A stretch of 32,809 nucleotides of DNA. It comes from a virus (taxonomy: Duplodnaviria; Caudoviricetes). Positions 1 to 4,818 of this stretch are shown here, one piece after another (position 1 is the stretch's first letter; each line of letters opens with the position of its first letter). The DNA lies in IMG/VR virus record IMGVR_UViG_3300012200_000012, positions 1 through 32,809 of that record; one strand, given 5' to 3'. The notes below the pieces were generated by a model. That model did not search any database, was not told the DNA's origin, and worked only from the letters and a program-made list of their open reading frames with translations. The position numbers and the translations under genes are program-made.

Positions 1-341
1 TATTTACGTTCCTTCACCTCTGGTTTACCCTTGGCACCAACGATCCTGATCTTATACAAGCCCGGATTGTTGCCGGTCTCCGCATCTGGATCAGGCAAAG
101 CGTCGATTTGTTCGGCACTCATCTTTTCCATTACCTTGAACATGACTTGAAAGGGTCCGCCTTCATAGTCTTGCTTTGCCTTGGCAATGGTATTGATGGT
201 TGCCGACAACCAATCGGCCTTGGAAGCTACTTCCTTAGCATTGGCTTCCATGACCGCGCCGATCTCGTATTGATGAGGATCAATACGGGTCGGGGTTTCG
301 GTTGCAGTCTGTGCTTTGGGATTTAAGATATTGTTAGCCAT
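1..341 (-). CDS. Hypothetical phage protein, truncated at the left edge (>113 aa, MANNILNPKAQTATETPTRIDPHQYEIGAVMEANAKEVASKADWLS...); probably the first gene of the divergent early arm
   Basis: Translated by hand, absent from the ORF track. ATG at 341-339 is preceded by GAGAGAGG-N9, and the frame is open to the window edge. It explains the spurious + strand ORF 108..326. Confidence 0.85.
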   Translation of the reverse strand, partial: MANNILNPKAQTATETPTRIDPHQYEIGAVMEANAKEVASKADWLSATINTIAKAKQDYEGGPFQVMFKVMEKMSAEQIDALPDPDAETGNNPGLYKIRIVGAKGKPEVKERK

Positions 342-365
342 AGTTTTAAGCCTCTCTCACGACGA

Positions 366-420
366 ATAGCCACAAGCGGGTGCTTGCGGTCTATCAGTCT
401 TTTTCACTTGTCAAACAACC
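366..420 (-). promoter_or_regulatory. boxA-like sequence followed by a stem-loop in the leader of the leftward gene
   Basis: The minus strand reads GGTTGTTTGACAAGTGAA (420-403), then the hairpin ATAG-A-CCGCAAGC-ACCC-GCTTGTGG-CTAT (394-366) just upstream of the RBS. Confidence 0.4.
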
Positions 421-502
421 TGACCTTAGAACGCATGAGCCCGGAAACCCGTAGGCCGGGAGTAAGCAAACGTCGGTCACAGTGCCCTTGAGCACCATTA
501 AT

Positions 503-531
503 AGACTACCAAGCCATTGTGGCTAAGTCAA
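503..531 (-). promoter_or_regulatory. sigma70-type promoter driving the leftward arm
   Basis: TTGACT (531-526), 17-nt spacer, TAGTCT (508-503), oriented toward the 341..1 gene. Confidence 0.65.
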
Positions 532-759
532 GGCAACATCTTGGCTTAACCAAGGTATTATTGCCTCAGTGTTGACACAGACATGAACCAAGCACTCCGT
601 TCATATTGGTTTACAACGAGTATCTATAGAATAGCATCTGATACCTTACGTCACCTGCTATCGCCGTATGGCTAATGAAGGTATAATTGTAAGCTATAGA
701 TGCTATTGGTAGTCATATGCAAATGAAGAGTTTTAGGTTTCATCAATCGTCATAAAACC

Positions 760-790
760 GGGTATAGGGGGCCGGGGGGTCTCAAGCGGG
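760..790 (+). other. G-tract cluster in the non-coding region; candidate genome-end or packaging signal
   Basis: GGG-TATA-GGGGG-CC-GGGGGG-TCTCAAGC-GGG in an otherwise AT-rich context. Confidence 0.4.
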
Positions 791-913
791 CAATGAATTA
801 CATTCCAAAAGTATCTCGGTATATTTTTATACGTAGTAATTTAGTTACCATTCTAGGCTACGATATAGTAAATAACCTATTCCAACTAGCCAAAGCGTAA
901 ATACTGCCCATAC

Positions 914-942
914 GGCTGTTTCCCCTAAGAGGGAAACAAGCC
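914..942. terminator. Stem-loop downstream of the leftward 1389->954 genes; possible terminator or 3' stabiliser
   Basis: GGC-TGTTTCCC-CTAAGA-GGGAAACA-A-GCC. There is no clear U-tract on either side. Confidence 0.4.
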
Positions 943-953
943 TTGCTGCCCAA

Positions 954-1088
954 TCACCTGTTAGTTCCATTAATTGTCCTTACCAATTTGTGTTTCTTCT
1001 CATACCTTCTCATAAAATCTAGTGCCCAGGCCAGGGCGTCCAAATTAGCCTCGCTGAGCCGTGGGAGGTGCTTCCCCTCATCCTTCAC
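954..1088 (-). CDS. Small hypothetical protein, 44 aa (MKDEGKHLPRLSEANLDALAWALDFMRRYEKKHKLVRTINGTNR)
   Basis: The GTG start overlaps the 3' end of the 1389..1078 gene, and the ORF ends just before the 914-942 hairpin. Translated by hand. Confidence 0.4.
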   Translation of the reverse strand: MKDEGKHLPRLSEANLDALAWALDFMRRYEKKHKLVRTINGTNR

Positions 1089-1389
1089 GTTTAAATCGAT
1101 CTACGGCTGCCCCGGACACCTTTACCGCCCTATTTAAACGCAGTCTTTCCCCCGATTGTTTACTCATCGGTTGATATTTAACAAAACGAGGTACTGGGCC
1201 TTCTTTTACGGATAATCTAGCTCCATAACCAATATTATCTATAACCAAGTCAAAATCTTGATTATCTCGATAAACTTCCAGCCTAGAATCAAAATCTTCA
1301 CCATTTTTGATTAATTCTCTACAATAATCAAATATTGGAGTATTTGAGGTATTTGGAATATCTTTTCTATTAACTTTGATTACTTTCAT
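1078..1389 (-). CDS. Hypothetical phage protein, 103 aa
   Basis: Directly downstream of a near-consensus leftward promoter. The motif TPIFDYCRELI...LEVYR...IGYGARLSVKEG...RFVKY resembles small proteins I associate with alphaproteobacterial phages and prophages. Confidence 0.75.
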   Translation of the reverse strand: MKVIKVNRKDIPNTSNTPIFDYCRELIKNGEDFDSRLEVYRDNQDFDLVIDNIGYGARLSVKEGPVPRFVKYQPMSKQSGERLRLNRAVKVSGAAVDRFKREG

Positions 1390-1404
1390 TTCAAACCTAT
1401 TTTA

Positions 1405-1433
1405 TTGACAATATTATAATATACCTGTATAAT
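1405..1433 (+). promoter_or_regulatory. Perfect-consensus sigma70 promoter at the head of the rightward operon
   Basis: TTGACA (1405-1410), 17 nt, TATAAT (1428-1433). AAGGA RBS and ATG at 1461 follow. Confidence 0.9.
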
Positions 1434-1446
1434 AGACCAAAGTCAA
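1418..1446 (-). promoter_or_regulatory. Overlapping leftward sigma70 promoter for 1389..1078
   Basis: TTGACT (1446-1441), 17 nt, TATATT (1423-1418). Confidence 0.75.
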
Positions 1447-1460
1447 TAAGGAATACTACT

Positions 1461-1598
1461 ATGCCCGCAGGCTACGAGAAGATAAGAGATGCTTTTGTTG
1501 CTAAGGGTATGTCTTTAAAAGCTGCTAAGACTAAGGCTGCTAAGATCTGGAATAGTAAACACAAAGGAGCTTCTGCCGTAGGCAGAGGAAGGAAGTAA
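1461..1598 (+). CDS. Basic microprotein, 45 aa (MPAGYEKIRDAFVAKGMSLKAAKTKAAKIWNSKHKGASAVGRGRK)
   Basis: AAGGA RBS, first ORF after the consensus promoter, Lys/Ala-rich helical pattern. Confidence 0.8.
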   Translation: MPAGYEKIRDAFVAKGMSLKAAKTKAAKIWNSKHKGASAVGRGRK

Positions 1599-1706
1599 AT
1601 GATGGCTAAAGCTATAGATTGGTTCTTATGGGGTGTCTTTATGGGCATGGGCTGGCTTATCAGCCAGAATGTCTTGACCTTCATAGGTTCCTTAATGCAT
1701 AAATAA
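1599..1706 (+). CDS. Hydrophobic (single-TM-like) microprotein, 35 aa (MMAKAIDWFLWGVFMGMGWLISQNVLTFIGSLMHK)
   Basis: ATG directly follows the upstream TAA, with a purine-rich RBS (GGAAGGAAG) and a hydrophobic Trp/Gly-rich segment. Confidence 0.7.
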   Translation: MMAKAIDWFLWGVFMGMGWLISQNVLTFIGSLMHK

Positions 1707-1724
1707 CAAATAAAAGGAATAACA

Positions 1725-1841
1725 ATGCTTAAAGTTAAAGATCTCGCCACTGGTGTAGAAGTAGAAGTAGAAGTACTAACCCCTGAACAAGAACAAGGTA
1801 AGCTTGAAGGTAAGCTTCATGTTGAGGAAGTAGTTAGCTAA
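1725..1841 (+). CDS. Acidic microprotein, 38 aa (MLKVKDLATGVEVEVEVLTPEQEQGKLEGKLHVEEVVS)
   Basis: AAAGGA RBS; its stop overlaps the next start (TAATG). Confidence 0.7.
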   Translation: MLKVKDLATGVEVEVEVLTPEQEQGKLEGKLHVEEVVS

Positions 1842-1954
1842 TGGCTAAAGCTTCCGCTGCCAAGAAGGCAGATATGGCTAAAGATAAGAAAGCTGGTATC
1901 AAGGAAGGTTCTAGTAAAGACAAGAAGAAAGATAAGAAGGTCAAAGGATATTAA
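1841..1954 (+). CDS. Lys-rich microprotein, 37 aa (MAKASAAKKADMAKDKKAGIKEGSSKDKKKDKKVKGY)
   Basis: GAGGA RBS and TAATG coupling. Confidence 0.75.
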   Translation: MAKASAAKKADMAKDKKAGIKEGSSKDKKKDKKVKGY

Positions 1955-1957
1955 TCT

Positions 1958-2122
1958 ATGGACGAACTTAACAAGGAATTAACTGGTTACGCAGATTATG
2001 GAGTTCCTTTTGGGACTCCTAATGATCCTAAGAACCATCCTGCTTACAATATGCCTAAGTCTAGTAAAACTGGCTTAGGTCTAATTCCAATTGGTCCTAA
2101 CCATGATTTAGGAGATGAATAA
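1958..2122 (+). CDS. Pro/Gly-rich microprotein, 54 aa (MDELNKELTGYADYGVPFGTPNDPKNHPAYNMPKSSKTGLGLIPIGPNHDLGDE)
   Basis: AAAGGA RBS; fills the gap between its neighbours exactly. Confidence 0.7.
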   Translation: MDELNKELTGYADYGVPFGTPNDPKNHPAYNMPKSSKTGLGLIPIGPNHDLGDE

Positions 2123-2239
2123 ATGGCCAAGGGCAATAAACGTCCTAAGAATGATAAAGCTAACATGAAGAAACCTAAACCTAAGGAAGAGCCTAAGACC
2201 GAGCTAACAGGGTTTGCTGCTTTGTCTGCCTTAAAATAA
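2123..2239 (+). CDS. Lys/Pro-rich microprotein, 38 aa (MAKGNKRPKNDKANMKKPKPKEEPKTELTGFAALSALK)
   Basis: Strong AGGAG RBS; the ATG immediately follows the upstream TAA. Confidence 0.8.
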   Translation: MAKGNKRPKNDKANMKKPKPKEEPKTELTGFAALSALK

Positions 2240-2240
2240 T

Positions 2241-2552
2241 ATGCTTCCTGAAACCTTGGGGATTGGTGCTGTTACCCTAGTCATAGCTATAGCAGGCTCA
2301 GTTTGGTCAATGGCATGGTGGCTTAATGGCCATTTTACTAATATCAGGAAGGATTTCTTAACTCTAGGAAAAGAAATCATTGAGAAATTAGAATACCACG
2401 AGAAACACGATGACCTCCGTTTTCATAGTATGAGTAATGAAATCTGGGAATTAAAACTACGTAATGCTGCTATCCGAGGTATTGTCTTAAATAATCCACC
2501 TGCAAATCCACTACAAAAAGAACTCAAAGAACACTTTGAAGAAGAAAGTTAA
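2241..2552 (+). CDS. Membrane protein with an N-terminal TM helix and helical C-terminus (possibly holin-like)
   Basis: Hydrophobic LGIGAVTLVIAIAGSVWSMAWWL followed by an amphipathic segment containing HEKHDDLRF. Confidence 0.7.
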   Translation: MLPETLGIGAVTLVIAIAGSVWSMAWWLNGHFTNIRKDFLTLGKEIIEKLEYHEKHDDLRFHSMSNEIWELKLRNAAIRGIVLNNPPANPLQKELKEHFEEES

Positions 2553-2558
2553 TTTTAT

Positions 2559-2870
2559 ATGTCTACTATGTACATCACCGAATTTGCTGATGTAGGAAGA
2601 ACTGGTGGTGTTGTCGCCGTCGCAGCTATTCCTGCCACAGCAAAACAGAATATCACCTTCACCGCGACTCCAGGTCAATCTGCAGCCTTTCAAAACAATA
2701 CTAGATTAGTTAGAATTCATGTCGATGGTATTTCTTCCATTCTATTTGGAACTAATCCAACTGCAACAGCTAATGTTGATGCTAGAATGACAGCAGGTCA
2801 AACTGAATACTTTGATGTCTCTACAGTTATGTCTCAAGGCTATAAAGTATCGGCGGTAACCTCAACATGA
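2559..2870 (+). CDS. Small beta-rich putative virion protein, 103 aa
   Basis: Thr/Ala/Val-rich with alternating beta-strand pattern; ATGA overlap with the next gene. Confidence 0.7.
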   Translation: MSTMYITEFADVGRTGGVVAVAAIPATAKQNITFTATPGQSAAFQNNTRLVRIHVDGISSILFGTNPTATANVDARMTAGQTEYFDVSTVMSQGYKVSAVTST

Positions 2871-3364
2871 TGATTACTCCGGGTCCTAGCGACGCTTCTG
2901 CAATCTTTGCCCTGCTAACTGCTATTTCTTCTCCTGAAACAGCTAAGGCTAGTCTTCAAGAGATCCTTAAAGCTACTCAAGACTACCAGACATTAGTTGA
3001 GACTTCTCAAGCTGATCTAAAGAAGACTAAAGATGATCTTGAGATTCAGAAAGCTGATGTAGAAGCTAAGATAGCTACTAATCAAGCTTTAGTAGATAGT
3101 CTAAATATTGATTTGTCTAATAAACAGAAACAATTGGATAGTGGTCTTAGGTCTCTCTCTAAAGATCAGACTGATCTAGTTACTAAGCAAATGGAACTTG
3201 ATTCACGTGAAGTAATTATCAAAGAACACGAGACTTCTATTGCTGCACGTGTAAATGCATTGACAGCACAAGAAAAAACTACAGTAAGTTTAGCTAATAC
3301 AGCTCAGAAGCTTAAGTCTGATTATGAAGCTAAGCTTGCGGCTCTCCGTTCTATAACAAGTTAA
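2867..3364 (+). CDS. Long coiled-coil protein, 165 aa
   Basis: Heptad-like Leu/Ile periodicity with Q/E/K enrichment and no Pro after residue ~23. Confidence 0.75.
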   Translation: MMITPGPSDASAIFALLTAISSPETAKASLQEILKATQDYQTLVETSQADLKKTKDDLEIQKADVEAKIATNQALVDSLNIDLSNKQKQLDSGLRSLSKDQTDLVTKQMELDSREVIIKEHETSIAARVNALTAQEKTTVSLANTAQKLKSDYEAKLAALRSITS

Positions 3365-3365
3365 T

Positions 3366-3404
3366 GCTGCACAAGCATTACTCACCCTCGCCGCTTTGTG
3401 CAGC
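3366..3404 (+). other. Intergenic stem-loop (processing site, stabiliser or attenuator)
   Basis: GCTGCACAA (3366-3374) pairs with TTGTGCAGC (3396-3404); no U-tract follows. Confidence 0.55.
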
Positions 3405-3428
3405 GAATAACTATTAAAGGAAAAAACT

Positions 3429-3917
3429 ATGGCTCTTTATGGCGTTACAAACGTTTCAGCTACTACTCCGACGCTTAACAACGTCGCTACTACCGTTAAA
3501 ACTATGCTACAAGCGGCGGCTGCCACTGCAACTCTAAAGCGTGCATTCATCTATGAATTTGATGTCGGCGCAAGTGGAGTTCCAAATGCAGTAGATTGTG
3601 AATTGGTCTGGACTGTTATTCAACAGACTACAGCAGGTACTGGTGGTGTCGCTCTTACCGTTAACAAGATGGACCAAGCCGATGCAGCTTCTGGTACTGT
3701 CTGTATAGGATCTCTTACTGCAGAACCGACCGGTGCAGAAACCGGTGTCATTTGGACACTAGGTGCTAACCAGCGTGCTTCGTATCGTTGGGTGGTAGCT
3801 CCAGGTGGTCCAGGTGAAATCGTTATTCCAGCAACTAACCTAGCCGGTTATGGCATTCGAGCTAAGTCTTCGAACTATGCCTCGACTGTCAACGTCGGTA
3901 TGCTGTTCCGCGAATAA
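3429..3917 (+). CDS. Putative beta-sandwich virion or decoration protein, 162 aa
   Basis: AAAGGA RBS, Ala/Thr/Gly/Val-rich beta pattern, codon choice resembling the capsid gene. Confidence 0.7.
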   Translation: MALYGVTNVSATTPTLNNVATTVKTMLQAAAATATLKRAFIYEFDVGASGVPNAVDCELVWTVIQQTTAGTGGVALTVNKMDQADAASGTVCIGSLTAEPTGAETGVIWTLGANQRASYRWVVAPGGPGEIVIPATNLAGYGIRAKSSNYASTVNVGMLFRE

Positions 3918-4177
3918 TGCGAAAAGCCTTAACCGGTCTCGGCACTTTGACGGAGCCTTATGGTTCCGTCAAGGAACGAGCTACATTCACTTGTGCGCAT
4001 TGTCAAGCAATTCGCCATGTCAAACCGTTTTGCGATCCCGCTGACCTTGGCGGGCTTTGCAAGATTTGCATGGGTGTAGTTTGTGAGAAATGTGTTGGAA
4101 AGGGCTGTGATCCATTTGAAGAAAAACTAAAGCGACAAGAAGCTAGGGGTCGATCCTTGCGTTCGATGAATCTATGA
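3917..4177 (+). CDS. Cys-rich putative zinc-binding protein, 86 aa
   Basis: CAHC...FC...CKIC...CEKC...C (8 Cys); coupled to both neighbours (TAATG and ATGA). Confidence 0.75.
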   Translation: MRKALTGLGTLTEPYGSVKERATFTCAHCQAIRHVKPFCDPADLGGLCKICMGVVCEKCVGKGCDPFEEKLKRQEARGRSLRSMNL

Positions 4178-4818
4178 GTGGATATTTAATAGGGCCCAGT
4201 GGAGTTGTACCGCCAGCAGGTAGTCCTAACCTTATTATGCTTGATGGTTCTGCTCAAAGTAACGGTGGTGGTACTGTGAGTAGTTGGAATGTTACTACAG
4301 CCTCTACTACGGGCAGCAGCAATATCTTTGTGCTGACGACATGGGTGCCGTCCTCCACAGTCACCGTTCTAACTGTTGCCAGTGCTGGTAGCGTACTTTC
4401 GTGGTTACCTCGCGCCTTTTCAACTGGCAATAATATGGAATTATGGACGGCAACGGCCAATGCTCCGATAAGCAGTCATGCCGTAACGATTACTCTAAGT
4501 GCCGCCGTCTCTTTTCCATCGGTCGGCGTGGCTTCATTCAGTGGCGTGAATATCGCATCACCCTTCGACGGATCTGCGTTGACGGGTAGCACAGCTCAGA
4601 GCATCACGACTACAAATGCAAACGACGTAATCCTTGGGTTCATGAGTACGAGTGGTAATGCGCCGGTGAAGGGCACTCAATTTCAAGACCTCTATAATAC
4701 GGCCGATTTCAATTTCGGCGAATACAAAATCGTCACGAGTCCACAGACCAGCCTGTTAGTCGATTTATCGTCCGATACTATTATCAACACCATCGTCCAA
4801 GCAGTAAAGAGCGCATGA
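4174..4818 (+). CDS. Ser/Thr-rich beta-domain protein (putative fibre or adhesin domain), 214 aa
   Basis: Composition and motifs (ELWTATA..., FSGV...PFDG..., ITTTNANDVILGF) typical of phage fibre accessory domains; coupled by ATGA overlaps. Confidence 0.6.
   Translation: MSGYLIGPSGVVPPAGSPNLIMLDGSAQSNGGGTVSSWNVTTASTTGSSNIFVLTTWVPSSTVTVLTVASAGSVLSWLPRAFSTGNNMELWTATANAPISSHAVTITLSAAVSFPSVGVASFSGVNIASPFDGSALTGSTAQSITTTNANDVILGFMSTSGNAPVKGTQFQDLYNTADFNFGEYKIVTSPQTSLLVDLSSDTIINTIVQAVKSA

Noticed and set aside
108-326. 72-aa + strand ORF in the track
   Set aside because: It is the antisense shadow of the 341..1 minus-strand gene, which has a good RBS and promoter.
943-1137. 64-aa + strand ORF
   Set aside because: TTG start without an RBS, antisense to better-supported minus-strand ORFs.
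1472-1750. 92-aa minus-strand ORF
   Set aside because: It is antisense to the microprotein cassette, whose ORFs have RBSs and tile the region.
1754-1818. Short tandem repeats (GTAGAA x3; AAGGTAAGCTT x2)
   Set aside because: These are in-frame codon repeats (VEVEVEV, GKLEGKL) in a small ORF, not a CRISPR array or regulatory repeat.
2867-3364. Coiled-coil protein (or other pre-terL genes) as terminase small subunit
   Set aside because: No HTH-like N-terminal domain or TerS features are recognisable. TerS is unidentified in this window.
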